Under the pieces are notes generated by a model. That model did not search any database and was not told where the DNA came from. It saw only the letters and a list, made by a program, of their open reading frames with translations. This document shows, piece by piece, positions 1 to 12,212 of a stretch of DNA of 64,000 nt. Both the position numbers and the translations under genes were made by a program. Source of the stretch: Bacillota bacterium (GTDB lineage Bacteria; Bacillota; Sulfobacillia; RBS10-35; JAJYVN01); NCBI GenBank assembly GCA_021797775.1, contig JAJZZC010000005.1, positions 5,719 to 69,718 on the forward strand, given 5' to 3'. The stretch's first letter is position 1, and every line of letters begins with the position of its first letter.

Positions 1-533
1 CGGACCGGGTTGTGGCCGCAGGCGACCTGGCTGCATTACCTGCGAGCCACGCGGGCCGCCGACCGCTAGATGCGGCGGGATCCCGCGGCCGCGCTCTGTG
101 GCGAGGGGGATTCCGGCCAAGGCGTGCCCCTCCTGCTCCCGCCGGTCTCAGGACAGGGTGGCGTCGTTCCGCCAGGGGGCTTGGGGGTACGAACGATGGC
201 GCACACAGCCGTGCGGTGGTGGGCCGGGGCACCCGCTGCCCGCCCCGGTGCCTGCCACCGCAACGGCCGCACGATTCCGGCCAGATGCGCCCACGGTAGC
301 GGTGCGCGGAGGGGTTCCCCAGCGCCGCCGTACGCCCCGGGTTGTCGCCAACCGCTGCTCGCCCTTGTCGCTGAGGGCGTCTGCCGAGAACACCGCGGCC
401 CTGGGTCTAAGGAAGGACTGTGGGCGCCGCAAACGGCTGTCCCACGCGCGCACAGGCTTTCGCCGTTAGAATGACGGGTGACCGGGGGGTAGGCCGCCCT
501 GGGACAGCGTCGGCCTGAAGGGGAGGGGTGGCC

Positions 534-1046
534 ATGCGGCCCGTCACGTGGGCGGTGTGGGGCGCGTGTCTCTGCGTCGCGGCGGCACTGGCCGTGGCCA
601 CGGCGCTGCGGCCGCTCGGTTCGGCGCCCACCCTGCAGCAGCGGGTGATGTCCATCGCCGCAGACATCCGTTGCCCGGAATGCCAGGGGGAATCGGCCGC
701 GGAATCCAACGCCGCCGCTTCCCTGGCGATCCGGGGCGAGATCGCGCGCGACCTGGAGGCTGGGGAGGGCCGCGCCCAGATCCTGCGCCAGATTGCTGGC
801 CAGTACGGGGATTGGATCCTGTACCGGCCCCCGGCCCGCGGCGCGTTCTTGCTCCTCTGGGCAACCCCGCTGCTCGCGCTGGCGGCGGTCGGGGGGGTGC
901 TCGGACGCATGGTGGTTCGCTGGCGTGCCGGGGTCCCCGGGTCGCGGCGCGCTGGCTCAGGCGGGGTGGCGGAGGCGGCGCTTGTCGCTGGCGCCGCGGA
1001 GGAGCCATCGCCCGACCTGAACCGCCGGCTCGCCCGCTACCTGTAG
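534..1046 (+). CDS. ccmH: Cytochrome c-type biogenesis protein CcmH/CycL-like (thiol-disulfide, CXXC)
   Basis: Signal/TM segment, then IRCPECQGESAAESNA (CPEC motif plus the conserved downstream block), and a C-terminal TM. ATG at 534 lies 7 nt after GGAGG. Sits directly upstream of ccmF. Confidence 0.75.
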   Translation: MRPVTWAVWGACLCVAAALAVATALRPLGSAPTLQQRVMSIAADIRCPECQGESAAESNAAASLAIRGEIARDLEAGEGRAQILRQIAGQYGDWILYRPPARGAFLLLWATPLLALAAVGGVLGRMVVRWRAGVPGSRRAGSGGVAEAALVAGAAEEPSPDLNRRLARYL

Positions 1047-1186
1047 CGCGTCGCGCTCGCGCGCCCTAGCGGGAGGCGAGCGGGGCATGGGCGAGGCCTC
1101 GCTGCGCCGGCTCTCCGCGGCCCCCTGCGCCAACGCTCTGCCGCCTTTCCGCCGGGGGTCCGGTCCCGTAGGGGGGAGCGAACGCC

Positions 1187-3375
1187 ATGTGGATTGCCTG
1201 GTTCGGACGTGCCGTCCTGGCCGCAGCCACCGCTGGTGGCGCCCTGGCCGCGGCCGCCCTCTACGATGGCGACCGGCGCGGCGATCCCCGTCGTCAGCGG
1301 TGGGGCCGCGTCCTCCTTTGGTCCATGGTGGCCGGGGTGCTGGTCGCCGCGGCGCTGCTGGAGGGCGCGTTGATCGGAAACGACTTCCAGATCGCGTACG
1401 TCGCGCGCCACAGCAGCCTGCAGACGCCGTTGGCTTACCGCGTCGGCGCGCTGTGGGGCGGCAACAGCGGTTCCCTGCTCTTCTGGGCCCTGGTGCTGTC
1501 GCTCTACGTCGCCTATCTGATGCTCCGTCCCCCGCGCGAGGCGGGCCACCTGCAGGCGGGGGCGCTGGCGGTGCTCGCCGGCATCGGCGCCTTCTTCTGC
1601 CTGCTCGTGTCCGTCCCCGCCTCCCCGTTCGCGGTCTTGGCCAAGGCCCCGGCAGACGGCGTCGGGCTCAACCGCCTGCTGCACAACAGCGCCTTCCTGC
1701 TGCACCCCGTCGCGCTCTACCTCGGTTTCGTGGGGTTCAGCGTCCCGTTCGCCTACGCCGTATCCGGCCTGTTGCGCGGAGACACCGGCGACCACTGGAT
1801 CCGTGTCACCCAGCGCTGGGCGCTGGCGGCGTGGGCCCTGCTCTCGGTGGGCATCCTGATGGGGGCCAACTGGTCCTACCATGTGCTGGGGTGGGGTGGG
1901 TACTGGGAGTTCGACCCGGTGGAGAACGCCGCGCTCCTGCCGTGGCTGACCGCCACCGCCTTCATTCACTCCGCGATGGTCCAGGAGCGGCGCGGCATGC
2001 TCAAGGTCTGGAACGCTGCCCTGATTTCCGCCACCTACCTGTTGACGATCTTTGGGACCTTCCTCACGCGTAGCGGACTCGCCACGTCCGTGCATACCTT
2101 TACCGAGTCGTCCATTGGCGGGTGGTTCCTCGTCTTTCTGGGTGTACTGTGCGCCTTTGCCATTTACATGATAGGCAGCCGCCTTGACCTCTTGCGCGAC
2201 GAACGCGAACTTGACGCGCTGGTCAGCAAGGAGGGCGCCTTTCTCCTCAACAACGTGGTCTTCGTCGCCCTCGCCCTCACCATCTTCGTGGGCACCGTGG
2301 TTCCCGTGGTCTCGCCCTTCTTCGGTCAGACCATCAGCGTCGGCCAGCCGTACTTCAACCGCGTCTCGGCACCGCTCTTCACCGTCCTGCTCCTGTTGGC
2401 CGGGGTGGGGCCACTGCTCGCCTGGCGCCGCAGCGGTCGCGCGGAGTTCATGCGGCACCTCCTGGTGCCCCTGCTGGCGGCGGGTGCCTTCGCCTTGGTG
2501 CTCACGGGCACAGGCGTGCGGCCGCTCAGCGCCGACGTCGCCTTTTCCTGCGCCTTCTTCGCGGCCGTCGCCGTCCTCTACGACTTCGGTCTGGGTGTCG
2601 CCGCTCGGCTGCAGATGGAGCCTTCGCGACTCGGTGTGGCCATCTATCGGCTGGTTGGCCGCAACCCGCGGCGGTACGGCGGGTACGCCGTACACCTGGC
2701 CCTGGCCGTCATCGCCTTCGGGGTGGTCGCCAGCCACGCCTTCCAGCAGCAGGGCGAGGTGGATCTGAAGGTCGGACAAACGACGGTCGTCGGCGACTAT
2801 GCCTTCACCTACGAGGGTTTGGGTAGCCAGGCGAGCCCCGCCTCCGCCGTCACCTACGCGCGCGTCGCGGTGACCCGGGGCCCGCGCCTGGTGACGGTAC
2901 TGGCCCCCTCGCAAAGCGTGGGTTCGGACGCGGCGACCGAGGCGGGAATCACCTACGGGGTGGCCATCGACCGGGGGCTCGTGCGCGACCTCTATGTGGT
3001 GCTGGATGGGTATGCCGCCGGGGGCGGCCGAGCCGTCCTGCAGATCTTTGTCAACCCTCTGGTGTCCTGGCTCTGGCTAGGGGGTGCGCTACTCGTCGCC
3101 GGCTGCCTCTTCAGCCTCTGGCCGCGGCGGGCCGTGGTCGTCGCGCCGCGCAGTCACCGTGTCTTCTCCCTGTGGTCCGAGCTGGAGTACGACTTCCGCA
3201 TGGGGAAGGTGACGGAGGCGGATTACCTGGTCCTGCGCGCGCGCTACGCGGCCGAGGCCGACGCCGCTGTGCGCGCCGAGCGCTCGGTCTCCGCCACGGC
3301 GACGCCCCCCGCAGGCGGACCTGCCGAGGTCGGATCGGTCGTTGTCCCGACGGCCGCCCGCGGGGGGCCGTGGCG

Positions 3376-3379
<4 letters not shown>
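1187..3379 (+). CDS. ccmF: Cytochrome c heme lyase / heme-handling protein CcmF, with ~85-aa C-terminal tail
   Basis: Polytopic membrane protein with the WWD-type block WGGYWEFDPVENAALLPWL and other CcmF-typical segments. ATG at 1187 is preceded by a G-rich RBS. Confidence 0.9.
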
Positions 3380-5377
<1,998 letters not shown>

Positions 5378-5852
5378 CCCGTGTTCCGCAAGCCGCGGGC
5401 CGTGTCCCCCTGAGATAGGTCGATGGCCCGAGGTCCCTCCACCCGCCTGCCGCCGGCGCGCCCCCCTTGGGTGCCAGGTCCCGTCCTCCGTTCCCGCGCG
5501 GCGGCGTCCGCCGCCTGCGCTCCCCCCCGTCGCGGTGGGGCGGCTGGCCGCCCGGTCCGGTGGCCGGCCGCCCCACCCGGGTGGCCGCCCCCGGTCCCGT
5601 CGGTTCCCTGGGGGCATCGGTGGAGTGGCGCAGCGACCTTGCCCCGTGCCGCGCGGTGGCTCCCCGCCGCCGCATGAGGGCGCCTTCCGTCGGAGAGGCT
5701 CCCGGTGCCCCCCGGGGGCCGTGAGGCCTGTGCGGGGGCTTGCGGGCCGGTGACGGCATCGAGCGCGCCGCGACCCCCCGCTGCACCTTGCGGGTACGGC
5801 GCGCCGGCGGCCCGGCCCCTCCGGCCCAGACGGTCGTTCTGGAGGTGCGGGC

Positions 5853-7139
5853 ATGGCCACGCAGGAGATCGATCGCCGGCCCCGCCCAGATCGGGCACTC
5901 TCCCTGTATGAGGACGCGTGCCGTCACGTACGCGCTGCCTGCCGCGCGTTGGGCGTCGCCGAGGGGACGGCCCAATACATCTGCCGGCCCCAGCGTTTTC
6001 ACGAGGTCTCCATCCCGGTGCGTGCCGACGACGGGCGCCTGCTGGTGTTCGCCGGCTACCGCAGCCAGCACAGCGACGCGCTGGGCCCGTGCAAGGGCGG
6101 CATCCGCTTTCACCCCGCGGTGGAGGGCGATGAGGTGCGGGCCTTGGCGCTCTGGATGACCGTGAAGTGCGCCCTTCTCGGGCTGCCGCTGGGCGGCGCC
6201 AAGGGCGGGGTGCGCTGCGACCCGGGCGCCCTGTCCGGGCGGGAGTTGGAAGCCCTGAGCCGTGGGTACGTACGCGGGCTCTTCGCTGAACTGGGGCCCG
6301 ACCGCGATGTTCCGGCGCCCGACGTGTACACCGACGCTCGCGTCATGGCCTGGATGCTGGACGAGTACGAGCGCCTAGCCGGAGGGAGCGTCCCCGGCTC
6401 TATCACGGGCAAGCCCCTGGTGCTCGGGGGCAGCGCCCTGCGTGACGAGGCGACGGGGCGAGGTTGCGCGCTCATGGCGCTCTCGGCGATGGATCGCCGG
6501 GGCCGGCCGGCCCGCGCCGTGCGGTTCGCGGTGCAGGGCTTCGGCAACGCCGGAGCGGCGACGGCGCGCATCTTGCACCAGGCGGGTTGGCGGCTCGTGG
6601 CCGCCTCGGACAGCCAGGGCGCGGTGCACGCCGACGGTGGTATCGACCCCGCGGACCTGCTGGCCTTCAAGGCGCGGTATGGAAGTGCCGCCGGGTACCC
6701 CGGGGCGGCGGCGCTGCCGCCGGACGAATGGCTGGCGCTGGATGTGGACGTGCTCGTGCCTGCCGCCCTGGAGGGCGCGATCGACGAGGGGGCTGCGGCG
6801 CGCGTGCGCGCGGCCGTCATCGTGGAAGCGGCTAACGGTCCGGTGACGCCCGATGCCGACGAGCTTCTGTTCGCGCGCGGGGTCGATGTGGTGCCCGACG
6901 TGCTCGCCAACGCTGGCGGGGTGGCCGTCTCTTACTTCGAATGGGTGCAGAACCGCTCGGGCTGGTACTGGGCGCCCGGCGAGGTCGAGGCGCGTCTGCG
7001 CGACCTGATGCTCTCCACCTTCGACCGTGTGGACGCCGAGCAGCGGCGTGCGGGCTGCACGCCGCGCCAGGCCGCCTACCGCCTCGCCCTGGGCCGGCTG
7101 GTCGAGGCCCTGCGCTGGCGCGGGGTAGCTGGAACGTAG
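5853..7139 (+). CDS. gdhA: Glutamate dehydrogenase (Glu/Leu/Phe/Val dehydrogenase family)
   Basis: GPCKGGIRFHP catalytic-Lys block, GGAKGG, and the Rossmann motif VQGFGNAG. ATG at 5853 follows GGAGGTG. Confidence 0.85.
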   Translation: MATQEIDRRPRPDRALSLYEDACRHVRAACRALGVAEGTAQYICRPQRFHEVSIPVRADDGRLLVFAGYRSQHSDALGPCKGGIRFHPAVEGDEVRALALWMTVKCALLGLPLGGAKGGVRCDPGALSGRELEALSRGYVRGLFAELGPDRDVPAPDVYTDARVMAWMLDEYERLAGGSVPGSITGKPLVLGGSALRDEATGRGCALMALSAMDRRGRPARAVRFAVQGFGNAGAATARILHQAGWRLVAASDSQGAVHADGGIDPADLLAFKARYGSAAGYPGAAALPPDEWLALDVDVLVPAALEGAIDEGAAARVRAAVIVEAANGPVTPDADELLFARGVDVVPDVLANAGGVAVSYFEWVQNRSGWYWAPGEVEARLRDLMLSTFDRVDAEQRRAGCTPRQAAYRLALGRLVEALRWRGVAGT

Positions 7140-8041
7140 GGTGGGGAGCGGGCCGCCCGGTCCGGCCGTCGGGAGGTCGGCGGCCTGAGTCCGCCCTCCC
7201 CCGGGGGCCTGTCCGCGGGAGCCTCACGTCCGGCCGGCGGCGGGCCCCGGCCATGCCTCAGGACCTGCAACGCTAAAGAGCATCCGTGGTCTTGGGGTCC
7301 CGCTGCGCTGGCCCTTCCGCACCATGGTGGTGGGGCAGTGGCACCTGGCTTTGGCCACCCGGCTTCGTTCCGGGCCCGTTTGCGCCCACGGTCTAGAGCG
7401 GCAGGGCGCGACGGCGGAGGGGCCCCGGCACGCCCTGCGCAGTCACCTGGCCCCGGGCCGCCGCATCGCGTCATGCCCGCTGTCCCGCCCCGTCTGGTGA
7501 GGCTGGTCGGGTGGCCGGGACCAACCCCCCGCGGCAGCGGTCCCTTCCCGCTCTGCGGGCGGGGGGCGGCGCGCTCCGCCGCGCGGGCAGAGTCCGGCGC
7601 GGGGTCCGAGGCGGCTCCGCGCCCGGCCGCGACCGTGGATGGTCCACCGCGCCTCTCACCACCGCCTGGGGACGAGCCCGGTCCACCAGGCCGAGCCTGG
7701 CGCGATTGCGCGCGACAGGGCGTGCCTGCTATGCTCCGCATGCGGCCGTCTGGCCGCTCTTTCCACTCTGCCCGGCGGGGCCGTGAGAGGAGACGGGCAG
7801 TTTGCCCAAGAGCCCCGGCGCGGGGCCCGTGGCCCCGGGCCGGTCTCGGCGCCAAGCCGGCGAAGACGGCGGCGGCGCGCGAGCCGGCACGGCCAGCGGG
7901 TCCTCCCCCGAACCCTCTGCGGCGCCCGCCGCCGCCGAGGTGCCGAGCGCGGCGGGCGGACAAGGCGCCGGTGCCGGGGCGCGCCGTCCTGGGGGCACCC
8001 TCCCGGGGCGTGACGCCGCCGACGGAGATGCCCTTACGGCG

Positions 8042-9562
8042 TTGCGGGCTCGGCGGGCGGCGGCGCTGGGCGGTGGGGGCCCTGAGCGGCTGGCGCGCCA
8101 GCGGGCCCAGGGCAAGCGCACCGCGCGCGAGCGGCTGGATCTACTCTTCGACCCGGGTACCTTCACCGAACTTGGCCTGCATGTCCTCCATCGGGGCACG
8201 GACTTTGACCTCCCCGGACGCGACATCCCCGGAGATGCCGTCGTTACCGGGTTTGGCCGCGTTGACGGCCGGACAGTCTTCGCCTTCTCGCAGGACTTCA
8301 CGGCCGCTGGTGGCACGCTTGGGGAGATGCACGCGCGCAAGATCGTCTCCCTACAGGAGATGGCGACGCGCAGCGGGGCGCCGTTGGTCGGCATCAACGA
8401 TAGCGGCGGTGCCCGCATCCAGGAGGGGGTCGACGCCCTTGATGGATTTGCGCGCATCTTTCGAGGCAACGTCATGGCGTCGGGGGTCGTGCCGCAGGTC
8501 TCGGTCATTGTCGGTCCATGCGCCGGCGGGGCGGTCTATTCCCCGGCGCTGACCGACTTTGTATTCATGGTGCGCGACATCGGGTACATGTACATTACCG
8601 GGCCGGAGGTCGTGCGGGCCTACCTGGGCCAGCAGGTGGACCACAGTGGGTTGGGCGGCGGCGATGTCCACGCGCAGCGCTCTGGGGTCTGCCATTTCCT
8701 GGAGGCGGACGAGCCCGCGTGCTTCGCTGCGGTGCGCCGCCTGCTCGGCTACCTCCCCGCGAACAACCTGGAGGATCCGCCCGTCGCGCCGGCCCCGCAC
8801 GTGGCGCCCGAGGGCGCAGCGCTGCGCGGTGTGGTGCCGGCGGATCCCGGCAAGGCTTACGATGTCCGAACGGTGATCGCGCGCCTGCTCGACCCCGGCA
8901 GCTTTCTGGAGGCGCACGCGCTTTGGGCGGAGAACGCGGTCGTCGGTTTCGCCCGCCTGGAGGGGCGGCCGCTGGGTGTCGTCGCCAACCAGCCGAAGGT
9001 GAAAGCGGGCTGCTTGGACATCGACTGCTCAGACAAGATCGCGCGCTTCGTCCGCACCTGCGACGCCTTCAACCTGCCCGTGCTGACGCTGGTGGACACC
9101 CCGGGCTACCTACCGGGCACCGACCAGGAGCACCGCGGGATCATTCGCCACGGGGCGAAGGTGCTGTACGCTTACGCCGAAGCGACGGTGCCCAAGGTGA
9201 GCCTGGTGCTGCGCAAGGCATACGGCGGCGCCTACATCGCGATGTGCTCCAGGGGCCTTGGCGCCGACCTCGCGGCCGCCTGGCCCGGTGCGGAGATCGC
9301 AGTGATGGGCGCTGAGGGCGCCTGCAACATCATCTTCCGCGCGGAGATCCAACGGGCCACGGATCCGGAGTCGGTGCGCGCCGCCCGCACCGCGGAGTAC
9401 CGGGCGGCCTTCGCCCACCCGTACGTGGCCGCCGCGCGCCAGTACGTGGACGCCGTGCTGGACCCGGCGGAGAGCCGCGGCTGGCTGCACGCCGTGTTGG
9501 AGGTCCTGCGCTCCAAGCGCCAGGAGGCGCCGGCCCGCAAGCACGGGAACGAACCGGCGTAG
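8042..9562 (+). CDS. Acyl-CoA carboxyltransferase subunit (propionyl-CoA carboxylase beta / methylmalonyl-CoA decarboxylase alpha family)
   Basis: GKRTARERLDLLFDPGTFTELG, GINDSGGARIQEG, PQVSVIVGPCAGGAVYSPALTDF and GIIRHGAKVLYAYAEATVPK. The start is uncertain: TTG 8042 gives a typical ~507 aa, whereas the track ORF from 7802 adds a low-complexity Gly/Ala/Pro leader. Confidence 0.85.
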   Translation: MRARRAAALGGGGPERLARQRAQGKRTARERLDLLFDPGTFTELGLHVLHRGTDFDLPGRDIPGDAVVTGFGRVDGRTVFAFSQDFTAAGGTLGEMHARKIVSLQEMATRSGAPLVGINDSGGARIQEGVDALDGFARIFRGNVMASGVVPQVSVIVGPCAGGAVYSPALTDFVFMVRDIGYMYITGPEVVRAYLGQQVDHSGLGGGDVHAQRSGVCHFLEADEPACFAAVRRLLGYLPANNLEDPPVAPAPHVAPEGAALRGVVPADPGKAYDVRTVIARLLDPGSFLEAHALWAENAVVGFARLEGRPLGVVANQPKVKAGCLDIDCSDKIARFVRTCDAFNLPVLTLVDTPGYLPGTDQEHRGIIRHGAKVLYAYAEATVPKVSLVLRKAYGGAYIAMCSRGLGADLAAAWPGAEIAVMGAEGACNIIFRAEIQRATDPESVRAARTAEYRAAFAHPYVAAARQYVDAVLDPAESRGWLHAVLEVLRSKRQEAPARKHGNEPA

Positions 9563-9613
9563 CGGCGGTGGCCGCCCCGGCGCGGCGGCGAGTCCCCGCA
9601 TGGGGGGTAGCGA

Positions 9614-9820
9614 TTGGGCGCCAAGTCCGAGGAGGAGGCCTTGGCCGCGCTCGTCGCGGCAGCGGTGGCGGCGCATCTCGCGGGGCGCCGCCAGATCGCC
9701 GTGCGGCGCGTGGCCTGGGTCGCCTCCGCGGACGCGGGGCCCTCGCTGTGGGCGATGGCCGGAAGGATGGAGCAGACGGCGGCCGGGCGGTCCTTCCTCG
9801 GCCGCCGCGGTGGCCGGTAA
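9614..9820 (+). CDS. Small OadG-like / decarboxylase gamma-delta-like subunit (tentative)
   Basis: 68 aa. The EEEALAALVAAAVAAHL ... VRRV ... SLWAMAGR pattern recalls small subunits found with biotin-dependent decarboxylases or transcarboxylases. Lies between the carboxyltransferase and the biotin carrier. Confidence 0.45.
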   Translation: MGAKSEEEALAALVAAAVAAHLAGRRQIAVRRVAWVASADAGPSLWAMAGRMEQTAAGRSFLGRRGGR

Positions 9821-9848
9821 GGGCGGTCGCGCCACTGTGAGGAGAGGG

Positions 9849-10280
9849 ATGGTCCATCGCTTGATGCGCCTGCGGATCACCATCAACGGCCATGTCTACG
9901 AGGCTGAGGTGGAGGTGCTGGACGACGCGGCCGCCGTGCCGGCGGCGGCCACGGGTGCCGTCGTTGCGCCCGCCGCTGGCGTCATGCCCACGCCGCCAGC
10001 CCCCTCTCCGGCTGTCCCGGCGAGGGTGCCGGCGACCGCGCTGGGGTCGCCATCCGGCGTCTCCCGTGGCGTGGAGGTGCGTGCCGTGCTCCCCGGGGTC
10101 GTCAGCGAGGTTCGCGCTGTGGCGGGCCAGCGGGTCGCGGTGGGGGATGTCCTGCTGGTCCTGGAGGCGATGAAGATGGACAATGACGTCGCGGCACCCG
10201 TGGCTGGGACGGTGCGCGCCATTATGGTGGCGGCGGGTGAGCAAGTGGCGGCCCAGCAGGTCTTGGCGGTGTTGGAGTGA
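9849..10280 (+). CDS. Biotin carboxyl carrier protein (biotinyl/lipoyl domain)
   Basis: C-terminal VLLVLEAMKMDNDVAAPVAGTV carries the canonical AMKM biotinylation motif, preceded by an Ala/Pro linker. ATG at 9849. Confidence 0.85.
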   Translation: MVHRLMRLRITINGHVYEAEVEVLDDAAAVPAAATGAVVAPAAGVMPTPPAPSPAVPARVPATALGSPSGVSRGVEVRAVLPGVVSEVRAVAGQRVAVGDVLLVLEAMKMDNDVAAPVAGTVRAIMVAAGEQVAAQQVLAVLE

Positions 10281-10284
10281 GCGG

Positions 10285-10899
10285 GTGGGGGCGGTGAGTG
10301 CCGCCGGGGCCAAGGCAAAGATGCGTGCAGCTGTTCAGGCCTGGCGTCGGCAGCTGACACCAGGCGAAGTAGCCCTCCGCAGCGACCTTCTCTGCGCCTT
10401 CTTGCGCGCCTGGCCCCCCCTGCTGGATAGGCGGGAGGTGCTCGTATTCCACCCATTGGCCCGGGAGCCGCGGGTGACGGCCCTCGTGGACTTCCTACGC
10501 GCGCGTGGGGTGCGGCTGTTCCTTCCCCACGTGCGGGGGGACGGGCTCGAAGTCGTCGAATGCGTGCCCTGCGCCAGCAGCAGTGGGACGGCGGCCGTCC
10601 CCGCCGATCCGCTCGCTGCGGGGCCGGTTACCGATCCGCGCCTCGTGGGACTGGCCCTCGTGCCGGGCCTGGCCTTCGATCAGGGGGGCGGCCGGCTGGG
10701 CCGCGGCGGCGGCCACTACGACCGTCTGTTGGCTCGGCTGCGTGCCGATTGCCTGCGGGTGGGCGTCTGCTTTAGTGGGCAGCTGGTCGCGCGCGTGCCG
10801 CGCGACCCGTGGGACCAGTCGGTGGACGTCGTGGCGACGGAGGACGGGGTCCACGAGGGGGGGGGCGGAGGTGGCGGACGCTCAGGCGGCGGCAGGTAG
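10285..10899 (+). CDS. 5-formyltetrahydrofolate cyclo-ligase
   Basis: LALVPGLAFDQGGGRLGRGGGHYDRLL and PRDPWDQSVDVVATEDG are typical of the MTHFS family. GTG start is approximate. Confidence 0.8.
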   Translation: MGAVSAAGAKAKMRAAVQAWRRQLTPGEVALRSDLLCAFLRAWPPLLDRREVLVFHPLAREPRVTALVDFLRARGVRLFLPHVRGDGLEVVECVPCASSSGTAAVPADPLAAGPVTDPRLVGLALVPGLAFDQGGGRLGRGGGHYDRLLARLRADCLRVGVCFSGQLVARVPRDPWDQSVDVVATEDGVHEGGGGGGGRSGGGR

Positions 10900-11125
10900 C
10901 CCGTACGGCCGGATCCGGGGCGAGGCAGCGGACGGCGTGGCCCGTGCCGGTCTGCGGCGCGCGGAGGGACGGCAACGCGGGGCAAGCGGATCCTCCGCCG
11001 GGAAGGCGAGCGGCGACGCACGGGCTTCGGAACCCGAGGGGCTGAGGCCCGGGCCCCGCCGTGGAGGCGGGGCACCGGCTGCGGGGTCGGGGGCCGATCG
11101 CCAGCCCCCCGGGGAGCACCGGCTG

Positions 11126-11944
11126 ATGGGACGGCAGGTGCCCGGCGCAGGGCCGGGCGCCCGACCCACGCTGGGCGAGGCCTTGCAGGCTGTGTTCCAG
11201 GGCGTGGTGCAGGAGGGCTGGCGGAACCTGATGGAGATGGTTCTGCTCAGCGTGCTTTGGTTCGTCTTCATGCTGTCGATCGGTGTGGCCCTCCTAGCGC
11301 CAACGGCGGTGCAGAAGGGCGGCGGCCTGCTGCTCGGCATGCTGATGTTCCTTTTGCCCGTGGCGTTGGTGGGTCCTGCCTGCGTGGGGCTTTTCCATGC
11401 GGTTGACGCCATCTGGGCGGGCGAGTCCACCACGATCTGGGACTCGCTGCGCCACTTCTTCGGCGGCTTCCGCCGCCGCTACCTGCGATCGGTGGGGCTG
11501 TCGGCCCTGTGGTTCCTGGTGGCCCTGGCTACCTTCGCTAACGTGGTGGAGGACCGGCGCCTCGTGCCGACGTTTCTCCTGCTCGGTATCGACATCGTTG
11601 TGCTCTACCTCCTCCTCTTCATGGTGATGGTGAACGTTTATCTCATCAGCATCCTGGCCACGACCGACCTGCCGCTGATGGACGCTGTGCGCCTGGGCGC
11701 CTGGCATGCCGTGGCCAATCCGATCTTCACGCTGGCCATGGTCTTCGCGCCAGGTGTCGTGGTGGCGCTAGCCTTTGCGGTGCGCGCGTTGTTCCCCGTC
11801 CTCGTCGGGGCCGCACTGGCCATGTTTAGCACAGCGGCGTTGCGCCATGCGCCCCTGCGCCACCCCGCCCTGCCCCCGCCGGTCACCCTGGGCCCACCCG
11901 TTGACGAGTGGCCGCCACCACCCCCCGAGCCCCCGGCGTCCTGA
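11126..11944 (+). CDS. Integral membrane protein (DUF624/YesL-like, tentative)
   Basis: ATG at 11126, five to six hydrophobic helices and a Pro-rich tail. The upstream part of track ORF 10505.. overlaps the cyclo-ligase gene in another frame. Confidence 0.6.
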   Translation: MGRQVPGAGPGARPTLGEALQAVFQGVVQEGWRNLMEMVLLSVLWFVFMLSIGVALLAPTAVQKGGGLLLGMLMFLLPVALVGPACVGLFHAVDAIWAGESTTIWDSLRHFFGGFRRRYLRSVGLSALWFLVALATFANVVEDRRLVPTFLLLGIDIVVLYLLLFMVMVNVYLISILATTDLPLMDAVRLGAWHAVANPIFTLAMVFAPGVVVALAFAVRALFPVLVGAALAMFSTAALRHAPLRHPALPPPVTLGPPVDEWPPPPPEPPAS

Positions 11945-12212
11945 GTGCGGGGTGTGATTCGGCATCCCCGGCCCGGGGCGGATTCGCCGCGGGTGCCGGG
12001 ATGCGTCCAGGTAGGCCACCCCGGGCGACGTCGGATCCCGGGGGCCTCTCCGGTGGGTCCCCAGTCCGCGGACCGGGGGAGCAGCCCATGCCCAGCGAGT
12101 CGTGTGCGCGCCTGTGCGACACAGCCGCCGCTGCTGGTGGGCGGCGCCCGCCTCGCGTGGGTTCCCGGGCATGACGGTTGCCAGCATGCGGTGAGGGGGA
12201 CGTGAAAAACCG

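Noticed and set aside
1-69. Possible 3' end of an upstream gene (…RTGLWPQATWLHYLRATRAADR, stop at 67-69)
   Set aside because: Only 22 codons are visible, so neither family nor coding status can be judged.
1037-2914. 625-aa ORF on the minus strand
   Set aside because: Antisense to the clearly homologous ccmF. The translation is Arg/Gly/Pro/His-rich low complexity, typical of a shadow ORF in very GC-rich DNA.
7802-8041. N-terminal 80-aa extension of the carboxyltransferase
   Set aside because: Gly/Ala/Pro-rich, and not part of the family's conserved N-terminus. The shorter start at 8042 gives a canonical length. Kept only as an alternative.
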